Below, piece after piece: positions 19,151 to 31,225 of a stretch of DNA of 64,000 nucleotides (positions are counted from its first letter, which is position 1; every line of letters starts with the position of its first letter). Below the pieces are notes generated by a model. The model did not search any database and was not told where the DNA came from. It was given only the letters and a program-made list of their open reading frames with translations. The position numbers and the translations under genes were made by a program. The DNA comes from Pirellulales bacterium (GTDB lineage: Bacteria; Planctomycetota; Planctomycetia; Pirellulales; PALSA-1355). The stretch is from positions 384,001 to 448,000 of the forward strand of contig CAVTBU010000004.1 in assembly GCA_963733035.1 (NCBI GenBank). Reading direction: 5' to 3'.

Positions 19151-22100
19151 ATGGCCGATCGCTACTCTCCGCATCAAACTCCGCTGGCCATTGTAGGCAT
19201 GGCTTGCCGCCTACCGGGCGCCGACAATCTCGATCAATATTGGCGGATGCTCGTCGAAGGGCGTCACGCCGTGGTGGAGTTGCCCCCCGATCGCCTTGAT
19301 CAGGACATGTACTTCGATCCTGAAGTCGGCGTTCGCGGCAAGACCTATTCGAAGCTCGGCGCGATCATCAACAGCCGTACGGTCGACTTCAACCGACTAC
19401 CAATCGACCCCAAGCTGGCCGCCAGCGTCGACATCGCCCACCTCCTGATGTGCGACGTCGCCGCTTCGGCCCTGCGACATGCCGGCATCGACCCGTTCAA
19501 CGTGCCGCTGCGCAACACGGGCGTCTACGTCGGCCACGCTCAGGGCAGCACACTCGCCGGCGATCAAACCTATTCGAGTTGCATGCAGGAAGCGGCCGAG
19601 TTCCTGCGCGAAACGCCCGCGTTCCGTCAGCTGCCCCCGGCCGAACAGGAAGCCCTGATTCGCGAACTCGTTGAGCGCGTTCGTGCATCACTACCACATC
19701 CCACGGTGGAAACACCGGACGTTTCGGCCAGCCTGGTAGCTGGCACGATCAACAAGGCCTTCGGCCTGAACGGTCCCTACGTGGCAATCAACTCGGCGTG
19801 TGCCTCGTCGCTACAGGCAATGCTGTTGGGCGCTGCGCGCTGCAACTCGGCCGAGTTGACATGGCAATCGTCGGCGGCGCATCGGACTGCAAGAGCGATT
19901 CGCTCGTGCTGTTTTCGAACGCTCGGGCCATGAGCGCCACCGGCACGCGTCCCTTCGACTCAGAGGCCGACGGCCTGATCTGCGGCGAAGGCTACGTGGC
20001 CGTGGTCATGAAAACGCTCAAGCGGGCGCTCGACGATGGCGACCGGATCTGGGCCGTCGTCCGCGGTTTGGGTGTCTCCTCGGACGGGAAAGGCAAAAGT
20101 CTTTGGGCCCCTCGCAAGGAAGGCCAGACCAAGGCCATGGAGCGGGCGTACCGTGAGGGACTCGACGTTGGCGATTTGGACTATATCGAAGCGCACGCCA
20201 CGGCGACCAAACTTGGCGATGCCACCGAACTGAACACACTGAAAGACATCCTGGGCAAACATTTTCCGCCGGGCAAAAAGATTCCGATCACCAGCGTCAA
20301 GGCAAACATCGGCCATACGCTAGAAACGGCCGGGATTGCCGGCGTGATCAAGGCCGTGCTCGCGATCAACAACGAGACCGTCGCGCCGGCCATCAACATC
20401 AACCAGCTCAATACCAACATCGACTGGGCCAACTCTCCGGTCTACGTGCCGACCACGGCCCAACCGTGGCCCAAACGGGCCGACGGCAAACCGCGCCGCG
20501 CCGGTTGCAATGCATTCGGCATTGGCGGCCTGAACATGCACGTCGTGGTCGAGGAATTCCTCGAATCCAGCCGCGCGCTGGCAGCCGCCGTGCCCGGGCC
20601 ACCCATGCAAAACCTGTCGGCCGACGAGCAGGCGATCGCCGTGATCGGCTTGGGTTGCGTGTTGCCGGGCGCCGAAAACCCCGCGGCATTTTGGAATCTG
20701 CTGGCCGCCGGAACCGACCCCAAGTCGCCCGTGCCGGCCGACCGCTGGCGCCCAGAGGTGGCGATGAAAGGCGCGCCGCACCCGACGCCCGAACCGAATT
20801 CGCTCGTGGGCGGCTTTATCTCGGGATTCGAGTACGACTGGAAGCGTCACAAGGTTCCGCCCAAGCAAGTGCAGCAGGCAGACCCGCTGCAGTTCATGCT
20901 GCTGGAAGCCACGGATCAGGCGATGCAGGACGCCGGCTACGACCAAAAGGCATTCAACCGCGAAAACGTTGGCGTGGTAGTGGGCACGGAATTCGGTGGC
21001 GACTTCTCGTTTCAATTGCAACTTGGGCTACGTCTGCCCGAACTCGAACGGCACATCGAAGCACTGCTCACCAAACGCGGCCTCCCCGTCGAAGACGCCA
21101 GGCAGGCCGGCAAGGACTACGCCACGGCGATGCTCAAGAAGTGGCCCGCACTCATTGACGAAACCGGAAGCTTCAGCACCAGCTCACTCGCCTCGCGGAT
21201 CGGCAAGACCTGGAACCTGATGGGCGGAGCCGCGGCAATCGACGCCGGACAGTCGTCCGGACTCGCCGCACTGTCGACGAGCGTCGACATGTTGCTGGCC
21301 GGCGATTGCGACCTGATGATTTGCGCCGCCGGACAGCGCCGCATGGGTTGGCCCATCTACGAGAGCCTGGCCCTGGGTGGCGATCTGGCACAAGGCCAAC
21401 CTCGATCACCGCTTGACGCCGATGCCCAGGGTTGCGTGCCGGGCGAAGGTGTCGTTGTCGTACTGCTCAAACGACTGGCCGATGCGAAGCGCGACGGCGA
21501 CCACGTCCATGCAATCTTGCGCGGGGTTGGCGGTGCCCACGATCACAATTCCTGGGGCAAGGCGCTGGAACTGGCCATGGAGCGATCGTTCGCTCCAAAT
21601 GCAAAATCGTCCGACGTGGCCGTGATGGAACTCGATGCTTTGGGAGACAAGGATGCGACGGCCGACGAAGTGCGCGCCGTGGCCACCGTCTACGGCAAGG
21701 ACGGCCGTCAGCAGCCGCTGATGCTCAGTTCGGCAATCGGCCAGCTGGGCAATACACAAGGCGCCGTATCGCTTGTGTCGCTATTAAAGGCCGTTCTGGA
21801 AGTCAGCCATGGCGAATTGCCCCCACCGGTTGGCATGCAATCGCCGGCGCCGTTCGTCAACCAGCACGGCAACATTGTTTCCGCGCCGACCGCCAAGACG
21901 GCAATCGACCTGACCACGGCCGATGGTCGTCGATTGGCCGCCGTCGGAACCTGCTCCCGAGGTTTGGCCTACCACGCAATCTTGGAGTATGGCAGTCGCG
22001 TCGAAGTGAAAGCTGGAACTCCAACTCCGCAAGCGGCCGCGGCACCGGCAACAGCGAAAGCCGTTTCGACGGTCGACCTGAGAGAGTTGGAAAAATTCCT

Positions 22101-25100
22101 CATCAACTTCGTCGTCGAACAAACGGGCTACCCGCCGGAAGTCGTTGAGCTCGATGCCGACCTCGAAGCCGACCTGGGGATCGACAGTATCAAGAAGGCG
22201 CAGATGTTCGGCGAGTTGCAAGAGTACTTCGACGTCACGCCAACCGACGACCTGACGCTCGATGATTTTCCCACGCTGCGGCACATCGTCGAATTCCTCG
22301 CCAAAGCTCCGACCAAGGAGGGCGCGCCCGTCGCCACGACGGCCGCGGCGTCTCAAATAGCACCGCCTCCGCAGCCCGCACCTGCGCCGATAGCGCAGCC
22401 AGGGGCTCCGGCGCCCGTTGCGCAGCCGGCGACCTCGGCAACGGCCAAAGATGCATCGGTGAACCTGGCCGAGCTCGAGCAGTTCCTGATCAACTTCGTC
22501 GTCGAACAAACGGGCTATCCGCCGGAAGTGGTCGAACTCGACGCCGACCTGGAAGCCGATCTGGGCATCGACAGTATCAAGAAGGCCCAAATGTTCGGCG
22601 AGCTGCAAGAATACTTCGATGTTACGCCGACCGACGACCTGACGCTGGATGATTTCCCAACGCTCCGGCACATCGTCGAATTCCTCGCCAAAGCGCCCAC
22701 CAAGGAAGGCGCGCCGGTGACGACTGCGGCGTCGGCTACGCCACCTGCCGTGGAACCGGCCCGACCACGGCCTGCGGCGATGCAAGCTCCCGCCCCCAGC
22801 GTGGCGGCAACGGCTGTCGCACCCTCCCCTGCAACGACGGCCCCCGCAGCGCAACCTGCGCCCAGCGCTGCCGCCCCAACTGCCGGCTGGCAAATTTGTC
22901 GCTTCGGCGCGGCCGACCCAGCGACGTTGCGTGCCTTGCTCACGGCGGCTCAGCAGGACGCCTCCGCCTTCCAGGCCTCTTCGCGGCGGAAATTCCTCGC
23001 ACCAGACACGTTCCGCCTGGCCGTCGTTGCCGACAGTGCCGCCACACTCAACACTCGGTTGGCCACGGCCGTCAAACAGATGGACAATCCGGCCGCTCAA
23101 ACCGTCCTCGAACAACAAGGCGTGTTCTATCGACAGGCCAATCCCGACACACGAATTGCCTTCCTGTTCCCTGGCCAGGGGTCTCAGTATACAGGCATGC
23201 TGCGGCAACTCGTTGCCGACGTGCCGGCAGTCGCCAGGCAGCAGGCCGAAATCGACGCCACGATGACCCGGCTCGGATTTCCAACCTGGGCTCAGCTCGC
23301 CTGGGATGAGGCGTCGCCACTGGGCAAGGATGTCTGGACAACGCAAATTTCGATGTTGTTGGGCGATGTGCTCGTGCTTGCGGCACTTCGCGACCGTGGC
23401 ATTCAGCCCGACCTCGTCGCTGGGCATAGCTACGGTGAGTACCCGGCGCTGTTGGCCGCTGGTGCCTGGAATCTCGAACAAGCGATTCGGGTGACGCGAC
23501 GCCGCTGCGAGTCGATCGACGCCCAGCCGGGCGGTCAAACCGGAATGTTGGCCACCACGGCGACGCCAGAGATCGTCGAAAGTCTGACACCGCGCCTGAA
23601 CGGCCCGGCCTACGTCGCCAATCACAATGCCCCCGATCAAACGGTGGTCGGGGGAACGCTCGCCGCATTGGCCGAGCTCGAGCCAATGCTGCAAGCCGGG
23701 TTGTTCGAAACCCGCAAACTCGCAGTTCCCAGCGCATTCCACACACCCCTGATGCGCGAGGCCGCCGACCTGTTTGCCCGGCACATTGCCGCTGAGAAGT
23801 ACGCGATGCCGCGAGTGGCCACGTACAGTGTGGCAAACAACGAAGCGGTGACGGATCCAGTACAGATCGGCAAGAACCTGGTTGCCCATTTGACGACGCC
23901 GGTTCGCTATGCCGATCTAATTCGCAAGTTGGCGAGCCAGGCACCCACGGTGTTCGTCGAAGTGGGTCCGCAGCAAGCGCTGAGCCGTTTGAACCGGCGC
24001 ATTCTGCCCGCGCACGAACTGACCGGCATCGCGGCCGACAATCCGTCGCGCCCCGGCATCGAGCAATTGGTGCGCGTGCAGGCGCTTTTGGAATGCTGCG
24101 GCGCATTGGATCGACCGCGAGCAGAAAACACTCCGACAGCGGCACCACCCGCCTCGTTAGCCAAGGGTCAGATTTGGCACTTTGACGCCACGTCCCGGCG
24201 CCGCGATAAGATGCGAGCTTCGGCCAACAAAGGTGCCAAACCCGCCGCTAGCCGCGCTGCCCCGCCGGCGGCACCGCCGAATCCGGCTCCGTCTCCAGCA
24301 CCGGCGCCGGTGGCTCAAACTCCGGCCCCGATCCCCGCTCCGGCGCCAGCGCCGGCACCTGTCGTGCAGGCCCAGCCGCAAGCGGCACCATCGCCCCCGT
24401 CGCCACCACCAGCGGCACAGCAGACGACGGCGGTCGACACGTTGGAATTGGAGAAGTTCCTGGTTAACTTCGTCGTCGATCAGACCGGTTATCCACCGGA
24501 GGTCGTCGAACTCGACGCCGACCTGGAAGCCGACTTGGGCATCGACAGCATCAAGAAGGCCCAGATGTTTGGTGAGTTGCAGGAGTACTTCGACGTCACG
24601 CCGACCGACGATCTGACGCTCGATGATTTCCCCACGCTACGCCACATCGTGGAATTTCTGGCCAAGGCGCCCACCAAGGAAGGCGCGCCGGTTTCGACCG
24701 CAGCCACCCCTTCTCTGACCGCGCAAGCGCCGCCCGCTCCGCAACACGCTGCCGCGCCGGCAGCCGTGCAGCCCCACCCGACAGCCGCGGCGACCAGCGT
24801 GCCCGCCACCGGCTCCGCACCGTCCGTCGATACCTCGGAACTCGAAAAGTTCCTCGTCAACTTCGTCGTCGAGCAAACCGGCTATCCGCCGGAGGTCGTG
24901 GAACTCGACGCCGACCTGGAAGCCGACTTGGGCATCGACAGCATCAAGAAGGCCCAGATGTTCGGCGAACTACAGGAGTACTTCGACGTCACGCCGACCG
25001 ACGATCTGACGCTCGACGATTTTCCCACGCTGCGGCACATCGTGGAGTTTCTGGCCAAGGCGCCCACCAAGGAAGGCGCGCCGGTTTCAACGGCGGCAAG

Positions 25101-28100
25101 TGCTCCCGCGCCAGCTCCCGCTGTAACAGAGTCGAACGGCGCGGCCGGCGTTTCAGCTTCCGCCTCGGCGCAGATCGACGTACTGCACGTTAGCGGAACG
25201 CCGTATGAGCTCGGCTACCAGCAGGGCGCGGAAAAAAAAACGGAAATTCGAGCCCTCCTGAAGCGCGTCGCTGATCTCACCGACGGCGATTGGAGTGAAT
25301 TGCCGATTCCGGCCGAGGCGCGCAAAAATCCCGAGCGGTTCTTTAGCCCCAACCAATGGGAAGAACTGCGGGGGATGGCCGACGCCGTGGAAGTGCCGCT
25401 GGGCAACCTGGCGGCGCTGAATCTGGCCGTGCTCCCCGACTTCGCCGCCAGCGCCGCGCAGGTGGCGCTGGTCACCCACGTTGGCACGCAAATCCAGGTG
25501 CTGCATGGGCTGGCGGGTGAACTTTCGCTGCCGCCGGCCCTCACGGAAATGCTGACACCCCTGGTGCTCGTTCGCGAGCCGTCGCAGGGGTGGGCCTGTG
25601 CCACGGTCAGCTTCGCCGGCGTAATTGGCAGCCTGGTCGGACTGAACGGAAACGGCCTGGCCGCATCGACAGGCACGCTGATCGACACCGTAGCCACCCA
25701 GAACGGCAGCGCAGCCAGTTCGACCGTGAGGGTCGACGGACTGCTGCAGCGCAACGATACGTTGGAACATGCGGCCGAGGGTTTGCGGCATACGCATGCG
25801 ACCCGTGGCTGGACGGCCTGCCTCAGTCATCAGGGACAAAACCGAGTGGCGGCCGCCGAACACAACGGCTCGTCCTTCACCCAACAGTTTGCCGAGCAGG
25901 CCGTGTTCGCCGCGAACCATAGCGTGCTGCATTCGTCCGGCACGGCTGCTCCGGCCGCGTCGGTCGAACGTTTCAACTGGCTCAAGGCTCAATTGTCTTC
26001 CGCCCAACAGCCGCGCGATGCCGGAGAACTGTTGACCATGCTCGGGCGGATGCCGTCGCGGGGGTCGCTCCGCTTGTTGGCCGTGGTCGATGCGTCGCGC
26101 GGCGACCTGCTTGTTGAATGCGGCTCGGTTCGCGAACGCGTGCACATTGGAGCGTTGCTGCCGACAGCGCCCGCCGGCGATCCCGCGACGTTTCGCTCCA
26201 ACGGAACCGCACCGGCTCCCATAGCCAAACAAGCCCCGGCAGCGCCAGCACCTGCGCCGACCTCGTCAGATCTGAAGCAGCCGGCGGAAGTCGATCCGGA
26301 AAGCATGCGGTTCGTACTTCGCACAGTGCCGAGCCCGTGGCCGCAACAGCCCGCTGACTTCCCCATTTGGAAAGGCGCCGTGGCGATCCAGGGAGAAAAC
26401 CCGCTGGCCGACGCGCTGTGCGAACGAATCACCGCCACCGGAGCGACCGTGGTGCGTCTCAGGGAAACTGGTTCGACCGAGGCCGCCGTGGCAGAACTCG
26501 AGCGGCATTGGCAGCAGCAACCCATCACGCATCTCTTTCTGACCACGCTCCGCGATGAGCAGACACCCGACCGCACAAATGCCGAGGGCTTTGTGCAGGT
26601 CTGCAACCGCCAGGTGATGCTTCCCTACTTTCTCTGCCAGCGGCAAATGCAACTCGCCGGCGATGCCAAACGGCTGAGCGATTGCACCGTCGTGGCGGCA
26701 ATTGATCTGGCGGGCGACCTCGGTTTTTCGGGCAACGTCGCTTCGCCCGAGTCGGGCTTCGTCACGGGGCTGATGAAGTCCCTGTTGCTCGAATACCAAA
26801 TCATGCGCGAGCAGAAGGGCTTTCTGGCCAAAGCCATCGACGCCCCAGGCAGCGAACCCGTCGCGGACCTGGCCGCCAACATTTGTCGCGAACTGGCCCA
26901 TGGCACGAACGACTATGAGGTCGCATTTGTCGGTGGAAATCGGTATCTGCAAGTTGGACTGCCCGTCGCGGCCGAGATGCAATCGACCAGCGACGTCCGG
27001 CCCGGCGGCACGTGGGTACTCACCGGGGGCGCCCGCGGCATCACGGCCGATTGCGGCCTGGAATTGGCAAAACGCTTCGGCCTGAAGCTTCATCTGCTTG
27101 GCACGACTCCGCCGCCGACGCTCGACCCGGCGTGGCGCAATCTCGACGAGCAACAAACCGCCGCCCTGCGCGGCAAGGTGATCATCGAGGCACGCCAGAA
27201 CGGACAGAAGCCCAACGAAGCCTGGGCTCGAGTGGAAAAGGCGATCGAGATCGACCGAAACCTGCGGGCATTCGCCGATGCCGGCATCGACGCGACGTAT
27301 CACGTGTGCGACGTGACGGATCGCGCCGCGCTGGCCCGCGTGCTCGATGACGTCCGCCGCAAGGACGGTCCAATCGAAGGTATCCTGCACGGCGCCGGAA
27401 TCGAGCAATCTTGCCGCTTCGAAAAGAAGACGCCGCAAGCCGTGCAAGCGACGGTTGGAGCCAAGGTGGTTGGCGCCTACTACCTGATGGAGCTCACCCG
27501 CGTAGATCCGGTGAAACATTTCATCGGCTTCGGTTCGATCAGCGGGCGGCTCGGCAGCAACGGCCAGACCGACTATGCGGCCGCCAGCGACATGCTTTGC
27601 AAGTTGATCGGTTGGTACCACACGCAGCGACCCGAATGTCACGCCATCGCCTTCCATTTCCATCCGTGGGATGGCGTGGGCATGGCCGCCAGGCCCGACA
27701 CGGTAGCCATGCTCAAGGCGAGCAACCTGCGACTCATGCCCAAGCGCACCGGGCTGGCCCATCTGCTCCGCGAATTGTATGCCAGGCCAGCGGATACCGA
27801 GCTGATGATCACCGACTGGGAGTATCACCAGCGCTATTACGGCACGACCTTCACCGAGACCGCAAAACGCACCGACCTGCTTGGCGCACCCGGCCAAGCC
27901 GTGCCAACGTTCGGAGCGCCGCGGCAGGATGGCAGCCAACAGCCTGCCACGCCACATATTGCCGACCGCGTGGTGCTCCGCATGGCCGACGCACCTCTGC
28001 CTGGCGCTGGTAGCCAGCCGCTGCCAGCCTCGGCATTTTTGCTCGGACAGAATTCCGATGCCGACGCATTGGCCCAAGCGCTTACGGCTCGCGGTGTGAG

Positions 28101-30432
28101 CGTCGTGCGGCTTCCGGCCGAAGGAGATGCCAACGCGGTATGTGCGGCTCTGGAAAAATCGTATGAGCAGAGTCCAGCCCGCTGTCTTTTCCTTTGCACG
28201 GCCCGCGACGCGGAAGCCGCGAACCTGAACGACCGAGCAAGTATCAGCCAACGGGTTCAACGCGGCGTCTACCTGCCCTATTGGGTCACGCGGCGTTGGT
28301 TCCAACTGGTCAGCAAGAACCCCGAGCCCGCAACCGTCGTCGCGGTCACGTCACTTGGCGGCGACTTTGGTTTTGGTAATCCCGTGCCAAGCCCCGAAGG
28401 AGGCTCGTTCACCGGCCTGCTCAAGTCGATCTTCGTTGAAGACGCCCGCTACGACCACGCCCGCTTCAAAGTAAAAGTGATCGATGCTCCCGCCAATGAG
28501 CCGCCAGCCCAGCTTGCGGACGCCGTTTGCCAGGAGCTTGGCGGCAGTGGACCGGAAGTGGAGGTCGCCTGGTCTGGCGGTAAACGTCAGGTGGTGGCCG
28601 TCTCGCGCGAGCCGGTGGAGAATCTACCGCTAGGCGATCTACCGCGCGGCGGCGTATGGGTGATCACCGGCGGCGCCCGGGGCATCACGGCTGCAACGGC
28701 GCTCGAACTGGGCCGCCGGTATGGCCTGAAATTGCATTTGCTCGGCAAAAGCCCAGCGCCCGAGGCGAACCCGCCGTGGCGAAACTGCACCGACGAGGAG
28801 CTCAAGAAGATCAAGGCCGAAATCGTTCGCAAGGCCACGCTCGAAGGGCGTTCGCCCACGGACGATTGGGACCGCGTTCGCAAGGATCGGGAGATTCAAG
28901 AGTCGCTCGACAAATTTGCAGCGGCCGGCGTCGCGGCGACCTACCACTCGTGCGACGTTGCCGACTGGGACGATATCGACCGCGTGCTCAAGAACATCCG
29001 CGCGGCCGATGGTCCCATCTCCGGAATTGTGCACGGTGCGGGCTACGCCAAGAGTTTTCGGTTCGGCACCGGCGTGGGTAATAAACTCGAGGCGACGATT
29101 GCGCCCAAAATCGACGGCACGCTGGCGCTGATGCACCTGACCGCGGGCGACCCGCTCAAGTATTTCGTCGGCTTTGGTTCACTCAGCGGCCGTTTCGGCG
29201 GCAACGGGCTCAGCGACTACGCGGCCGCCAACGACGCTCTTGCGAAGATCTGCGGCTGGTTTCGGCAGCGACGGCCTGAGTGCCACACGGTTTGCTTCCA
29301 CTGGCAAACCTGGGACGCCGTCGGTATGGCGCTGCTGGCAGACGGTGTCGGGATCACCAAGAATGCGTTCAAGATGGACTTCATTCCGCCGGAAGAAGGC
29401 GTTAACCACCTGATCGACGAACTTCGCGCCGGTGCGCCAGAGAGCGAAGTGCTGATCACCGACGGTTTTTTTCAACGACAGTTTTATCCTTACGATTTCG
29501 AGCGGCCGCTGCCCGGTTCGAGCGGCGCCTCGGCGGCGGCACCGCTTCGAGCACCCGCGGAAAAACCATCCTCGCTCGGTCCGCTACTTTCGGCCTGGCA
29601 GCCAGGCTCCGTCGCGGCGGGCACCGCGCGGATTGACTTCGATCCCGAGTCCGATCCTTTTCTGAAGGAACATCGGCTGAAGCAAAAGCCTTTCCTGCCG
29701 GGAGTGGTCGGCGTTGAAGCCCTCTGTGAAGCGGCGCGTTGTGCGCTGGGTCGCGATGAAATCCGCGAGATTCGCAACGTCCGGATTGTTAATGGCATGT
29801 CGTTTCCGACCGGACCACTGACGGCGCGCGTCGAAGTAACGCCGACAGAAAGCGGGCTCGGCTGCCGGTTGCTCACCGAGCAGCGCGACCGGCAAGGCCG
29901 CTTGATCGATGCCAACCGTCTGCACGTCGAAGGTGTGGTACCCACGGTAAGTAGCGGCCACCCAATCGCAGCCGACCCGCCCGGGCGACCGCCGCTGGGC
30001 TGGTTCCCGCATGCCTATCCGGATGACGGACTGTTGTATCACGGGAATGGGCTCCGCTGCCTGAAAGCCTGCGCCTATCAATACGACGGTGGCTGGGGAC
30101 AAATACTTGCTCCGCCGCTCGCCGAATTGGCCGGACCGCGAGGCGGCGAGGGCTGGATCACGCCGATCGCCGTCATGGACGCCTGCGTGGTGGCCTGCGG
30201 CAGCTTCCTGTTCCTGCAGTTTGGCGGCGTCGTCGAAGTGCCTTACGAGTTCGAACACATGCAGATCGCCAGGCATCCCCGGTCCGGCGAGGAATGCATG
30301 GTCCGACTCTATTTCCGCGAGCGAGACGAACGACACAGCCGCTTCGATTTTACCCTCTTCGGTGACAGCGACGAACCACTAGTGAAAGTCGTTGGCTATC
30401 GCACGATTCGAGTCGGCGCGGGAGGCCGATAA
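19151..30432 (+). CDS. Iterative PUFA-synthase-like type I PKS, ~3760 aa: KS-KS0-ACP2-AT-ACP2-AAT/C45-like-KR-KR-DH; apparent frameshift ~19834
   Basis: KS1 [23 protein letters not shown]2 DAGQSS; four LGIDSIK ACPs; AT GHSYG/SAFH; two TGGARGI KRs with [17 protein letters not shown]; adding one C gives LLGARALQLG and joins ORFs 19151-19933 and 19798-30432. Confidence 0.93.
22078..25085 (+). repeat. Four near-identical ~250-bp ACP-coding repeats (~22078-22330, ~22465-22720, ~24442-24692, ~24835-25085)
   Basis: Identical peptide [70 protein letters not shown] four times, with synonymous DNA differences. Confidence 0.97.
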
Positions 30433-30436
30433 CGCA

Positions 30437-31159
30437 ATGAGCGTCACACGCACGCGCTACGCTCGACTCTCCGAACTACCGCCGGATGCGGCTGCGCGCT
30501 GGCTTTCAGCGGACGAACGCCACGCGTACGGCACGCTACGTTCGCCAGAGCGACGCACCACCTGGCTGGCAGGTCGATTCGCGGCAAAGCGATTGCTTTT
30601 GGAAATGCTTGCCGAAGAGGGCGGCGAGCCCCAACCGGTCGCGGCCGATGAGATTCACATAGAATCGCGATCGTCGCGGTTTGGCCATGGCGAACGGCCC
30701 CTGTTGTATTTCCGCGGTCGTCCAATGTCCTACGCCATTTCGATTGCCCACACGAACCGAGGCGTCGTCGTGGCAGCAAATCTATGCGCCGAGGTTGCGC
30801 TCGGTGTCGACTTGGCACCGACTTCAACGTCGACACGCGGCTCGCTTAATTGGACGTTCACGGCTGCCGAGCGGCGCTGGCTGGCAACGACCCATGCCGA
30901 GCAATTCCAGGCAGAACGTCTCTGGACAATGAAAGAGGCCCTCTACAAAGCATGCCAATGCGGCGAGGGCTTTGCACCTCAGAATATCGAAGTGGTTCCT
31001 GGCCTTCCGCCACGCTATCCGTCATTCGATTCGGCCAACTTGCGACAACTCCAATGTTGGCAAGTCGACGGTCATATCGCGTGTTTGGCCATTGTCAAGA
31101 ATGTTCACAAAGCCTTGCCGACGAATCCGGCGAACGACATGCTTCGCTCGGCCGCGTGA
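30437..31159 (+). CDS. 4'-phosphopantetheinyl transferase (Sfp-type)
   Basis: WLAGRFAAK, ISIAHT, LGVDL, WTMKEALYKA; starts 4 nt after the PKS stop. Confidence 0.92.
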   Translation: MSVTRTRYARLSELPPDAAARWLSADERHAYGTLRSPERRTTWLAGRFAAKRLLLEMLAEEGGEPQPVAADEIHIESRSSRFGHGERPLLYFRGRPMSYAISIAHTNRGVVVAANLCAEVALGVDLAPTSTSTRGSLNWTFTAAERRWLATTHAEQFQAERLWTMKEALYKACQCGEGFAPQNIEVVPGLPPRYPSFDSANLRQLQCWQVDGHIACLAIVKNVHKALPTNPANDMLRSAA

Positions 31160-31225
31160 CCATACACAGAATTCGTGCTCCTTTACCATACAATTCACCT
31201 GCAAATTGCCTGAGAGAATAAAGCG

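Noticed and set aside
19798..19933. Programmed frameshift or two-gene split in PKS KS1
   Set aside because: No slippery heptamer; the break falls mid-domain just after the catalytic Cys and matches the window-wide indel pattern
21784..23889. 701-aa antisense ORF (also 26266-28305, 40297-41460, 54664-55980)
   Set aside because: Shadow ORFs opposite well-supported genes in high-GC DNA, with no recognisable motifs
24240..24420. Pro/Ala-rich low-complexity stretch
   Set aside because: Ordinary interdomain linker of the PKS
22078..25085. Long direct repeats as a possible mobile element or CRISPR-like array
   Set aside because: They are in-frame ACP domains; no spacers, transposase or cas genes
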